Under the pieces are notes generated by a model. The model searched no databases. It saw only the letters and a program-made list of their open reading frames with translations, and was not told where the DNA came from. The position numbers and the translations under genes were made by a program. This document shows positions 11,821 to 24,148 of a stretch of DNA of 64,000 bases, in pieces (position 1 is the first letter of the stretch; each line of letters begins with the position of its first letter). The DNA comes from Trichoplax adhaerens (lineage: Eukaryota; Animalia; Placozoa). The stretch covers positions 12,881 to 76,880 of the forward strand of contig NW_002060985.1 in the NCBI RefSeq assembly GCF_000150275.1. Direction: 5' to 3'.

Positions 11821-14783
11821 ATGCGGATACCAGGAGGCTTTCGGCTCAAGCGGATCATTGCTATTAGTGTCCTTTTTACTATCATCGTTGTTTCCTTTAA
11901 CCTTGCTATCTTCGGTAGCCATAATAAGCAGTCGATTAAAGCCAACGATGCTGCAAAGAAAGCGATCAACATCCAGGCTAAAGATGATGAAATGCCCAAT
12001 TTAAACCTAGAAGAAGATCCTGATGAACCAGTTGTTAATATTAAGATTCATGCAGACAGCAAAAAAAGAAATTCAGACAAAATTAAGCGCAACAACGACG
12101 ATTTGGACAGCCAAAACCAAGAACGAAATCATGCATTAGTTATTCCTCATGCTGGACTTCAACGCAATAAAAGGAAGAAGAAAAAGTTTCTTACACGTCT
12201 TCAAAAAATGGATGCAATAGGCAGAGAAAGCGAAGACGACAATCTTGATGGATTGAACAACGATGAAAATATTGATATACAACAAATGCCAGCAGGAGAT
12301 GATCCACTCCGCTCATTGCATCGCGGTGGGAATAAGCAGGAGAAGCAGCGAAGGTAAGCAACAAATTTGAATCATCATTTTCATAGGTAAGAAAAGGATA
12401 CAGTAAATCAAAGGCTTAATTTGATATTCCTAGGCATAACAACGAAGACGATCCTTTAATAGAAAAACGAGGCCATGGTATGAAGCATGATGATGAAGAC
12501 GAAATTGGGATTCAAATGAATCCCTTTCAACATGAGGAAGGAGAGGAAGCTGCCATCAAACCACCACACCTATTCAGAGCCCCTTCCAAAAAGAAAAGGC
12601 GATTTCAACGTGGTGGTAAGCATGCGGATGAAGACGAACCATTTTCTGGTCAGCAACGTCAAGGCGTTCAAGCTAAAAATAATCAAAATGCTCCTGTTGA
12701 AATTAATCCATTCGATCCACTGAACGAAGGCCTTGGATTGGATAGTAATCCAATCATCAAGATACAACAACAAATACATAAAAAAACTGCTGGAAAGAAT
12801 GGAAATCATCATCCTCTTCAAGCAAATAAAAATCAAGACAGTCCAAATGGCCAATCTTCTCAACATGAAGGAGAGAAAATCAATAACCAGAATGGCAAAG
12901 ATATAGCCGAAGATCCTATAGATAAAATAGAAGATATCGAAGATCCATTCTTACAAGAGCATTTGAAACACCAATTTAAAGGCTATAAGAAAGATTTCAA
13001 GGAGCCTAACCATAAGAAAAAGAAACAAAGTATTGACAATCAGCACAATGATGAGCAAAATAAGATAGAATCGGATGAGGAAATACAGCCAGTCCATATG
13101 CAAGATGATGCCAATATCGGACAAGAGGGTAGTAATATGGAAGGTAGAGATGACCCAAAAAATGAAAAGCAACCCCATGGAAAAGGAGTAAGGGACATGA
13201 AGGATAGGCAAAGTATGAAGAAAAAGAAAGATAGTTCTGAGAAGAATCACAATAGCAAACGGTTATCCATTCCTAAACAAGATATGAAGGAGAATCAAGA
13301 TGGTATTGGCGGTGAAAATGTCCATCCATTATCAGATCAATCTCGGCAAGGAAGGGTGAAGAAATATCGTCGTCGTCGTCGTCGTGGACATCGACAATCC
13401 CATCCTCTAAGAAGTGCTCGAGTATTACAAAAGAATAGAGCGCAAAATAAATATTCAAGGCAGAATCAGGATCAAGAAAGGATGGAAGCGAAGAACCGCA
13501 ATGAGCCAAACCATGATGGAAATGAAGAAGCCGTCGTGAACAGCAATCATGCTATCCAACGCAAGAACGATCATTCCCAGGACGATGAAAGCGGACCATC
13601 TAAAAGTAAATTCGATTCCAATTCATTTACAAAAGATGAAGAAGAAATTAAGCAACTTCAAGCTGAACAACATTTAATTGAACAACAATTAAATAAGGCC
13701 AAAAGCTACGTCGGAGATGATGAAAGGATGCCAATCCATCGGAAAACCAACAGTATTGGCCAAACGCAATCGAAAAATAATTCCGAAATGAAAGTCATTT
13801 TATTATGGACAAAATATTATGAAAGAAGCTGGAAAATCGATATGGATTTTACTGTCGAGTTACCCTTAGGGAGGACTTATTTTAATCGATATTGCAAGAT
13901 TAAAAATTGCTTCTTAACCATTAATCGATCGGCCTATAAAAAATCGCATGCTATCGTCTTCAACGATCGCGATTTGCCTGATCATATTGCTCATATGCCC
14001 TATTTTAAAGATCGTCGGCCATGGCAACGTTGGGTGTATTACAATTTTGAATCGCCCTACTATGCTCGAGGTTATAAGCCATTTTTCATCAATGCAGGCA
14101 TGTTTAACTGGTCTATGACCTACCATCATAATGCCGATATTGATATTCAATATGGCCACGCTGTTCAGCGGCCAATTCCACGCGCAACCCTACCCGATTA
14201 TCATGGTAGAAAAGATGTACATGTTACTTGGGCAGTAAGTCACTGTCTTAATGCCAGAATGAAATATGTTCAAGCTTTATCGAAATATATTTCCATCGAC
14301 ATTTATGGTATTTGTGGCAATAAGACATGCATTGGAACGAATAGGCATTGTTGGAAGACAGTATTTAGTCGATCCATGTTTTATTTGTCCTTTGAAAATT
14401 CCGTATGTGCCGAATATGTGACGGAAAAGTTATGGAATCCATTACTTTATGGGGTTGTCCCGGTTGTCTTGGGAGGCGCAGATTATCGCAAAATTGCACC
14501 ACCCAAATCGTATATTGATGCTCGTGATTTCCCTTCTGTCAAGGATTTAGCTGAATATTTGCATAAAGTTAGCCGTGATAAAAATCTTTACAACTCCTAC
14601 ATGAAATGGAAATTAAACTGGAAGATTGTTGTACCAAGACATTGGTGTAATTTATGTAACGCACTGCATGATCCTAATCGGCCGCCTAAAGTTTATACCA
14701 CATTAAGTCGCGATTGGGATGGTCTAAATCGCCAATGCCAACCTTATCCAGATCCTTACGAGTATCTGCCTAAAAAGGATTAA
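11821..14783 (+). CDS. Alpha-1,3-fucosyltransferase (GT10), type II membrane protein, 2 exons (11821-12353, 12434-14783), 960 aa
   Basis: An N-terminal hydrophobic anchor (IIAISVLFTIIVVSFNLAIFG) is present. An 80-nt phase-2 intron (GTAAG...CTAG) joins the two ORFs in frame. The C-terminal GT10 domain has VILLWT, NFESP, FNWSMTYH, FYLSFENSVCAEYVTEKLW..VVPVVLG and WCNLC. Confidence 0.93.
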
Positions 14784-14879
14784 ATTATTTCTATGGTAAT
14801 AACACTAAGACTGCTTGGAGTTGGATTGTCATAATTTTGTCGTTGGCTATATTTATGGATTGCATAAAACACCATCATG

Positions 14880-15735
14880 GAGTTGCTTGTAGCTTTGTGA
14901 TACTTGTTGAAACTTTGAACAATTTGCTTTTGCTGTAATACTTGGATTGAACTAGAAATCAACACATCATTTGTGATATCGCATTGTAAACTACCTCGAC
15001 ATAAGCTTTCAGTGAATGTACCTTTCTATCCTCATGTTTGGAATGCTTACACCATGCATGCTAGAAGAACCTAAACTGATTGAAAAAGCACCACGGAAGC
15101 GCTGGTAGCTTTGCCATACTTGTTGCAACTTTAGACAACTTGCTTTTGCTATCCTAGTTGGATTGAGCTGTAAACCAACGCATCATGGAGGATGTCGAAT
15201 TGTAAACCACTCCAATACAAGCTTTCAATGAATGTATTCTAACTGTCATGTTTTTAATGTTTCCATCCCATATTCTAGAAGGACCAAAGTTTATTTAAAA
15301 AGTGCCACAGAAGCCCGGGTAGCTTTGCGATACTTGTTAAAATTTTGGACAATCTACGTTGCTCGAACTGTAAATCAATACATCATCAATGATATCCTAT
15401 TGTAAACTATGCCAACATAAGTTTTCCATGGTGGTATTCTAACCGATCTATCCTCAGGTTTTTGATGTTGACATCATGCATGCTAGAAGGACTCAAGTTT
15501 ATTTAAAAAAGCGCCACGAAGGCACTGGTAGTTTTGCAATACTTGTTGAAATTTTGGATACCTTGCATTTGCTATAGCAGTTAAATTGAACTGTCAATCA
15601 ATGCATCATGAATGATGTCGTACTGTATATATAACACCAACACAAGCTTTAAAATGATTAATGTATTCTAACTGATCTATCCTCATGTTTTTGATGTTGA
15701 CAACATACTTTGTTAGTAGAACCCAAATTTATTGA
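14880..15735. repeat. Four diverged tandem copies of a ~213 bp unit just downstream of fucosyltransferase 1
   Basis: GTAG(C/T)TTTG..ATACTTGTT recurs at ~14889, 15106, 15319 and 15528. TTGTAAAC, AAGCTTT and TGCTAGAAG also recur. Confidence 0.85.
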
Positions 15736-17259
15736 AATGATTTCACTTTAAAATTTGTACAGGTTTGATGAGCAATTACGCTCATCCAAATCTTTCTTGT
15801 CTCTGTTGAAACTGTTATTGACGTCTTTTTGACAAAGAAGGAATAAACTTCCAACTTTCTTTTTATTGATATCCATCTTTTTCTACTCTACTGCTGCGGT
15901 TTTATAAAATGGATATCAGACTGTTGATTCCCTTGCCTTTCTAACCTGTACTGATGACTGTTTGCTTACGAGATCGATCGATAATGACTCTTGCTGATGA
16001 TTGTAGTTCTCTGCATATCATATAAATTGCTCCAAAGCTGTGCAAAAATGCAAAAACAATCGCAATTTGTGCGCTCCATTTCAAATGCAAATAGTTGTAG
16101 CCTATTCGCAATGAAACTTTAAAACTAAAGTGAAGACCTTGATTAAGTGATGCAATTCGTGAACACTAGTATCAAAAAACTTGTAGTCTGATCAACCGTA
16201 TAGCCGCTAGAACAGTCTAGTCATCGCTTGTTGATGTCGATAGAAGGATAACATTGCTTTTAGTGATCAATTTAGAAATGTTGAATTAAAAAAAGTAAAT
16301 AAGTAATAGCATGCCAGCAGTTATCTTCCCTGATAATGAGAATTATTATTAGCTCTTCACCTTTCATGCAATACTGATAGTTATAACCAGAAAATTTTCC
16401 AGTGCATTGAATTAATCATTCCGCAGGTATTTCAGCAAGCCATCGCAGAAGAACATGATACGATGATCTCTCATTCTGAGTAATTGTATATCAAAGTGAT
16501 CCAATCCCTACGTTCAACAAACAAAAAGTTGCTAATTTAATCGAATTGACGGCAATTGAACCCGATATTCTACATAGCCATCACTTAAGCGAATTATACC
16601 GGAAGAAGATTTAATTGTTAGCCATTTCTCTTCCTTCATGCTTTGTTACTGTAACAAGATCAAGAATCTGAGATTTTGAGCATTCCTTCCCTTTAGTCTA
16701 CTTTATTTGGAAGCCAAGCGCGATATCAGACACACGTTAACGAGACATAAGAACTGCGACAACAAATCAGCTCTAGTGCCAACATCACTTTAATAGCATA
16801 TCCTAATGCACGTCAACATTTGTTGCATGTGATCTTAATCTAGTACAGTAAATAAGGTGTGGAGAAGCCGTAAATAATATTGCACGATATCTAGGATTCC
16901 CCACGTTGTATGGCGCTTACACTTTAAGGTAACTAGCAGTAGTTTACAGGAAAAGCGATGTCACGACAGTTACTAAGTCCAATTCATTTACAATCCCAGT
17001 AGACTTTCAAACGCCATTTCATTCAATGAGGCGATTGCTCTTAGGTTATTTTTACAGTAATCGATACCATACCTTATAAAATAGTACAGTATAGAAGAAA
17101 AGATGGCGACATAGCGGGGGTAACTTAAAGATATGATCACTGCCAAAGTATTTTCTATGGTAAAGTAAGAATAGTTACATACTAAAAACTAGAAAGGACT
17201 CTGCTTTATTTCCTTTACTATGAATCAACGGGACATCTCATATTTCTTTTCTCTCTAAT

Positions 17260-18433
17260 CCAATGGCCACCCAATCCTTGCCAAGTTGAATTCTAGTATG
17301 GCCGCCATCGACCGTCTATGTATTCTGTAAACACACATAAAATGACAAGGTAGGAAATTGAATAGGGAAGGCATTCCTACGCCAATGAACTGAATACCAT
17401 CTCTGTTTGAACCACACAATGCATGGGAGTAATTTGTAACAGCAGGTATCTGTTTTAACACAATATAAGAAAATTTTTTCTGCCAATATAATGTATGGTA
17501 ATTGTTTGACTACTGTTTATCCTATTTTATCGCATTGAATGTTTTGGCCTACGCATCGTATTTCTATATGCGATCTTCCGAACGTGCCTAAAGGGAATTG
17601 GCCCTTGAATATATAAAAAAATTTATCCATTTGAAAGAAGAAATGCAATTTTCAAGCTATGAATGTCTACCAATCCGTCTCGTAACTTGTTAAGGTCTCT
17701 TTCTATATGATTTTATCTACTTCCTTCAATAAACTAGTTTTTCTTTTCTCCATGTTATTCATGACTTACTTAGCTTATACTGGCTAGCGTAAATTGTCTT
17801 TGACCTAGGGAAAGGCTTGACTTGTTAATTCATAAAGACTGGTGTAGGAAGAGGGCATTTACCTTCATCTTTGATGATACTGTTTGGACTATAAAATCCA
17901 TCAATCATCTGTAGTTAGGCTTCTTTACTGAAATTGAATCCATCAACTTTTAAACTTTCAAAGTAACTCGGCAATGACTGCATTGCCGAATTGATAATTA
18001 ATACAAAGTAAAAATGTTAGTTATGCCACCTTAGAATATTGTTAGGCAATTCAATTCTAATCTTAATAGAGGCTATTTTTCGAACTCAAGATTTCATGTC
18101 ATTTTTCGTCAGCATAAGCAATGAATCCGACTATCGAATATTAAGCCAGTTAACTAAGAAGGTTGTGTGTGGTAAGAGTTTATTCTCCTTTAGAAATACT
18201 TTTATTTCATTTCTTTCCTTTTCAGTTGGTTTATTAATTTATTAGTGACATATGCTAACTGTTATTGTGGATTCATTATAGCGTGATGACATAAAATAAC
18301 CTAAATTACGGATTCTTTGCAATATGACGATGACACTTGATGACTTTACTCCATCATAATCCGATAGCAGATTGAGTTTATTGATTTTTATCGAGATGAT
18401 ATAGAGATGATTAATTTTGTTGTGATTCATCAA
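17260..18433 (-). mobile_element. Highly decayed hAT (Ac/ZBED-like) transposase fossil
   Basis: One minus frame with several stops gives, in hAT order: ITVSICH**IN (cf. IVTDNA.N), LPHTTFLV (cf. C.AHTLNLV), LPNNILRWHN (cf. DV.TRWNS), FSKEA*LQM (cf. LT.EEW). Further on are YWQKK..LKQIPAVT and EMVFSSLA (cf. dimerisation L.IPATS..SERVFS). Matches are weak and by eye. Confidence 0.4.
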
Positions 18434-20434
18434 TCGTTCTGGATGATCGATCTGTCAGTTAGCGCTAGGTTAGAATAGACAGCAAACAGCAAGCTACAAT
18501 TTTTTTCCTACTATATGATTGAATTGAATGCCAGCATAGTTTTGCTTCTATAAGCTAGCTAGTATTGATGGTTAATACGAGAAATCATATAGACATATTC
18601 TAGACTTATGTCTATGTATATTTGCATTCTAAGCAGTTATTAACTGTACCTGGTCTAAAATCAGAATGCAATGTTGTTACCAATCAAAATTTGTAACATG
18701 AAAGTTAAACTGACTCGAGGATCTCAAAAAATGACTACCACTTTTGGGTACTTTAATCCACACTTTACTATTGCATCAACATCGCTCTTTTATTCGTTTA
18801 AAATTACTTTAACATTTAAAACAGGTTAGAACTAGTCATTCAGTCAGATGATGCCAACTCATATAAAATGTCGCCATCAAGACCTTATTACTTAAACACT
18901 AGTCTATTTCTTCAAATTACTGAATATGTATTAAGATTTCCCAAAGAAATTCAAGATCATGGATCACAATGAACTTATAAATTGTATTACAGGAAAACTG
19001 ATATTTTATCTAGGCAAACATTTACTATCATTTAAATGTTCCTGACTGGCGATCCCGTGTATTCCCATAACTATGATCTCCAAAGAAGTTCAAGATTAGT
19101 TCTAAATGATCCCAAGCTTCATTATTTAATTGTAGGTTACAATAGGACATGATTTTCACTATGGGTGGGTTAAATTAATTTAATTCCAGACCACCTGCAA
19201 ATAGCAAGCAAGCAAAGTAAATCTAAATTAGTCATGTAAGAAAAATGAATTACCACTGAAAACTAAACTGCAAGTCTGCAGTCAGGCTTGTCCTCCTTAA
19301 CACTCACCGATAATACGTTTCTCCATTCTGACCATCTCCTGTTCTTACTGACTATTAAGAATTCCTATTTTACGCTTATTTCCCAATTTTTTGTTGTTGT
19401 GGTTAACCCTGTAATTATAAGCCCGTTAAAATCTCTCTATAAAATAGACAGTGATGTTTCTTTCTGAGGACAGTCATAAGTTGAACTATCGCTCGATAAT
19501 TGTCTGCATAGTGATGAATGGCTATGAATTAATCTTGCAGGAGTTAAGGTCGACAAAACAACGAATTTGATAAGTTAATCGTGATACATATCTATAGTTA
19601 GCGATACAGTTCTAGCCAAAGTAGATCCTGATAATCCATCCCAAATTGGAATATAAAATAAAATCTCCTTGATTGGACTAAATGAATATGAGTGTTGATT
19701 TCAATCTATTTTCATGCAGTCGAATGCTGTTGGGACAAGCATTATCGTCAATAATAATTGCATCAAAAATTTAGAATCAATCATTGAAATAGTAGATAAC
19801 TGTCACAAACCAGCTTCGTGATAAATATAACGTACAACAAATCTCTAAATGACTATAATCTCCGGGATTCAGTATCCCTTAACTACCTGACAAGAATTTA
19901 AACGCCTTTGCTTCTACGTTAAAATAACTCTAAAACTCTTCGTTTGTTCAACTATCTGCCGAGCTTAAATACCTTTCGGCAGCAGCTATCATATATGAGT
20001 CAAAGCAGATCATGAAATTGAGCTCATATCGGATAGCTGAATTAATGCAGACATATTCATAATTTTGGACTTTTACTGAACGATTCTAGATAATTAGACT
20101 ACAGTATGTCCACCACACACAATTATTTATAGTATCATCTATAATTGAATATCTTCAGGATATTCATCACAAGCGTTACTAGACACAACACTATAATCAA
20201 TTAATATTAATTACTTTACGAGAACTCTTACTACAATACAGCATAATTTACTGCAACAAAATCATAACTACCGTAGTTCTTACTGAAGCCATTATTAGTT
20301 ATCTCCATGGATAAATGTTTAACACTAAATTCAGTCATTTACTCTTCACGGTGGTTCATACCGTGACAATAACATTCTTGGCTAATATTCCTGATCGTTT
20401 CACTCATTTGAATCCAAATATTTACATCTAGGAT

Positions 20435-22873
20435 ATGGCTTCTTTTCGCCAGGGTCAATTGCTGATGGCAGGTGTTTGTATTTTGGCGCTTATCTATTTC
20501 TTTTGCTATTCAAATATACGAACATCGATAGGTCCTTTTAAATTGATCGGCTTTTCAGCTACTACTTCTACCCTCTTTGATACGGATGCGGCCAAAAGTG
20601 ATCGATCAGCGCCTGTTTTAAAGTCTCATTTACCAATAGTGAGCAAAAATAAAACAAGTAAGAACAAGGAGCAGCACAAATTGCCTGATGATAAAATGAA
20701 ATCAAACTTTCCTACAAAAGAGATGATACCTACAAGGCAAACTGTGCCAGGGAAAGGTGGCAAGAAAAGGAAGCCGAATGTTCGTCCAATCATTTTCCAG
20801 TTGCCTAAAAAAATACCAGAAGCAAAATCTAGTTCACGCAAGATTGCCGTCAGCTCCAAATCCGATGGAGTTCAAAATGCCCACAAGCATATTACTGAAA
20901 AGATAGATCCAATTATTTCTCCTACTAAAGTGATAGATATAACTCAACCTAGTCGACGTAAAAAAATTACGACCAATTCTTCATCTAAAGTACTTCAAAA
21001 TACCACTAAAAGAACTCCTAAGAAATTAAGCCCAGTCACTCTCTCAGTATCTAAAGTAACAGATAAAACCCAATTGGGCTCAAATATGCCTACAGCAACT
21101 ACCAAACCTCCCTTGAAAATGGTTCAGAGGAATAAAAACACGACAAAGGGCATGATCAAGTACGATAAACAAGTGGTTAAGGAAAAAATTCAAGAAAATC
21201 GCAGCCCAGAATCAAACCGATCTACAGCCATTCTCAAATCAACATCGACAACTGTTACAGCCCGTAGAAAGCCAATTCCGAAATCAGTTGGCCCAACCGT
21301 CTATAACGTGTCTGCAAACAATTCGATATCCCAATCTAATCCAATCAAAACGACAGGCAAGAATCAAGTTTTGCAACATAATAAAACTATCCAAATAGCA
21401 AGCAAAAAGAACGACCATCAATTACCTCCAAAGCCACCAACAGGCCTACCACTACTGCATAAGAAGCCCACAAAAAATCTTATAGACAAAAAGAAGATAC
21501 AAGCATCGAGACAAGAACAACTTCGTCCAGTGCATCAACCATCAGAAAAGGAAAATGGTAAAACAAAATCTTTCTCCAAGTCCGATAATCATTTAATAAA
21601 GCAATCCACCGATATGCAATCTTCCATATCAAACTCTAGCCAGAGTAAAAGTCAAAATTCACCAAAATCAGTAAAGAAAAGTTCATCGAATTCAGTTATA
21701 GTGACGAATAAAAAAGCTACAAAAGGATCAAGTAGGAAAGCGAGCAAGGCTCCTATAACTAAAGCCAAACCCAAGGGCAAGAAAATTACCAAAGTTCATG
21801 ATACTCACAGACCTCCAGTCCATCAACATCAAGAAAAGATTCCAACTGCAAAAGAACTTAATGGCTCTTCGGTTATTTTATTTTGGACCCAATATTATTT
21901 ATCCTCTTGGAAGATGGAAAATGATTTTACAACTTTATTACCGATGGGTTGGCAATATTTTAAGCAATTTTGCCCTCAGTATCGTTGCTATTTAACTACT
22001 AATAAAAATTTATACAACAAATCCGATGCCGTCGTCTTTCATGACCGTGATTTAGCCATAAATTTAATAACGATGCCCAATGCCAGTGATCGTCGTCCAC
22101 AACAACTTTGGGTTTATTATAATATTGAATCGCCGCAGTTTACTACCTACTTTTATAAACATCCAAAACAGATCCAACAAATCAATTTCAACTGGTCCAT
22201 GACTTATAGGAAGAACAGTGATATCGATGCTCGCTATGGATACGTTATTCCTCGCATTAAATCAACATTATCATGGATTCATCTATGGTCAATTGATTAT
22301 CATGGCCGTAAAAAGCATTTAGTAGCATGGATGGTTAGCAATTGCTTAAGCGAACGTTTAAAATATGTCAAGGCATTAGCAAAACATATCCCAGTGAATA
22401 TTTATGGTCGGTGCGGTCATCATCGATGTCAGCATCCACGCAATGATGATTGCTGGAAATATGAAATGATACAATATAAATTCTATTTAGCATTTGAAAA
22501 TTCCATATGTACGGATTATATTACTGAAAAATTTTGGTATCCATTGCGCTATGGGATTATTCCAGTTGTCTTAGGTGGCGGAAATTATAAAGAAATTGCT
22601 CCACCTCATTCCTATATTGATGCTAGACAATTTCCATCGCTAAAAGCTTTAGCAAACTATATGCACAAAGTAGCGCATAATAAATCATTGTATAACTCTT
22701 ATTTGCGATGGCGAGATGATTGGGAAGTGGTTATTCCTCGCCATTGGTGTAATTTATGTGCTGCTTTACATCGGCGTAATTCATCATTACATTATACTTA
22801 TCCATCGCAAAATGATGATTTCGGAGCTAAAGGCAAATCCTCTCATTGCAAATCTTATAAAATCCCAAAATAA
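20435..22873 (+). CDS. Alpha-1,3-fucosyltransferase (GT10), type II membrane protein, single coding exon, 812 aa
   Basis: N-terminal anchor LLMAGVCILALIYFFCY, then a K/S/T/P-rich stem. The GT10 domain has VILFWT, NIESP, FNWSMTYR, YKFYLAFENSICTDYITEKFW..IIPVVLG and WCNLC. It is clearly paralogous to the 11821 gene. Confidence 0.95.
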   Translation: MASFRQGQLLMAGVCILALIYFFCYSNIRTSIGPFKLIGFSATTSTLFDTDAAKSDRSAPVLKSHLPIVSKNKTSKNKEQHKLPDDKMKSNFPTKEMIPTRQTVPGKGGKKRKPNVRPIIFQLPKKIPEAKSSSRKIAVSSKSDGVQNAHKHITEKIDPIISPTKVIDITQPSRRKKITTNSSSKVLQNTTKRTPKKLSPVTLSVSKVTDKTQLGSNMPTATTKPPLKMVQRNKNTTKGMIKYDKQVVKEKIQENRSPESNRSTAILKSTSTTVTARRKPIPKSVGPTVYNVSANNSISQSNPIKTTGKNQVLQHNKTIQIASKKNDHQLPPKPPTGLPLLHKKPTKNLIDKKKIQASRQEQLRPVHQPSEKENGKTKSFSKSDNHLIKQSTDMQSSISNSSQSKSQNSPKSVKKSSSNSVIVTNKKATKGSSRKASKAPITKAKPKGKKITKVHDTHRPPVHQHQEKIPTAKELNGSSVILFWTQYYLSSWKMENDFTTLLPMGWQYFKQFCPQYRCYLTTNKNLYNKSDAVVFHDRDLAINLITMPNASDRRPQQLWVYYNIESPQFTTYFYKHPKQIQQINFNWSMTYRKNSDIDARYGYVIPRIKSTLSWIHLWSIDYHGRKKHLVAWMVSNCLSERLKYVKALAKHIPVNIYGRCGHHRCQHPRNDDCWKYEMIQYKFYLAFENSICTDYITEKFWYPLRYGIIPVVLGGGNYKEIAPPHSYIDARQFPSLKALANYMHKVAHNKSLYNSYLRWRDDWEVVIPRHWCNLCAALHRRNSSLHYTYPSQNDDFGAKGKSSHCKSYKIPK

Positions 22874-22963
22874 CGATAACATTGAATAGCTGATAATGGA
22901 CGATCGCTTGAGATCAATTTTACGATGTAGGACTCATATTATACGTTAACAGGTTAACAGCGT

Positions 22964-23192
22964 ATCCTGCTGATAAAAATTCAACTTCAAGATTTGAAGA
23001 AAAATGATATCCGATAGCTGGCAATAAACCATGGTATCAAGGTCTATTTTACAGTTTAACAACATATCCTGCTGATAAAAATACAGTTTCGAGATTTTTA
23101 TCCGCCTAAAATTCCAAAATAAGGATGAAATCAAATTCAGCAGATATACAAGTACTGTATATCCTACTAATAAGAATTCAATTTCAAGATTT
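22964..23192. repeat. Three degenerate ~100 bp tandem copies
   Basis: ATCCT(G/A)CT(G/A)ATAA.AAT.CA..TTC.AGATTT at ~22964, 23066 and 23161. Confidence 0.6.
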
Positions 23193-23221
23193 CATAGTTG
23201 GCTAGAGTTTTATTGATGATT

Positions 23222-24148
23222 GTTATAATTGGGTTTGCTCATCGCCTGACTAGGAATTTTTGGTACTCCGATTATTAGTTAAGCAGTTAATGACAAAATG
23301 TTAAATAAACAACGTGCGATGGCGTTTAAGAATTTTAGATTAATTTGATTTTACTGAAGGTGTTCAGACGTTATTCGACTTCACATAATATTGATTTGGA
23401 ACATATGCGTAACAATCCAATCGCAGCCTGATGGCTGACTTACTAAACTGATTCAAGGCTGACTTGTAACGTCAGCGGTTACAGAATATATGCGTTATAT
23501 CTTCAAGGATGGCGTTGCAGTTACCTGCCATTTTTTTATGCAAAACTACTGATATCCTTTGGCGAATATTAACGTGAATTGTGTAGCGCAGTTATCTTTT
23601 AAATATGTGCTTAGTGAAACGGTACACGAAGAAAATATAAAATGTAGCAAAATAATGCCCATGTACTAAATCAGCAATACTAAATCTCGAAACTTGCGTT
23701 ATGATTAGAGCTGCCAGGTTACAGTCTTTAGTAATATGAACAACGTATCTGCGTATAATACAGCTGCAAATACCAAATGAAAAGTAAAATTGGTAGTGAA
23801 ATTGCTAGCCAACTGATTGTCAGGATTCAAGGGCAGTGAAAATAATTACGAGTAGGCTGTCTAAACTACGGTAATACGTAAGCAACTAATAACCGAGTTC
23901 GGATTCTCCACCAAAGTGTTATGATTGGGTATGCTCATTACCTGACTAGGAATTTTAGGTACTCTGATTGGTAGTTAATCTATTAATGTCAAAATGTTAA
24001 ACAACGTGCGATGACGTTTAAGAATTTAGATTAATTTGATTTTACTTAAGGTGTTCAGACATTATTCGACTTCACTCAATATTGATTAGGAACATATGAG
24101 TAACGATCCAATTGCAGCCTGATGACTGACTAACTAAACCGATTCAAG
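23222..24148. repeat. Two direct copies of a ~235 bp segment (23222-23458 and 23918-24148)
   Basis: Near-identical blocks CCTGACTAGGAATTTT.GGTACT, AACAACGTGCGATG.CGTTTAAGAATTT and TTATTCGACTTCAC, about 690 bp apart. Confidence 0.9.

Noticed and set aside
12532-14159. Several short alternate-frame and antisense ORFs within fucosyltransferase 1
   Set aside because: By-products of the codon bias of the low-complexity coding strand.
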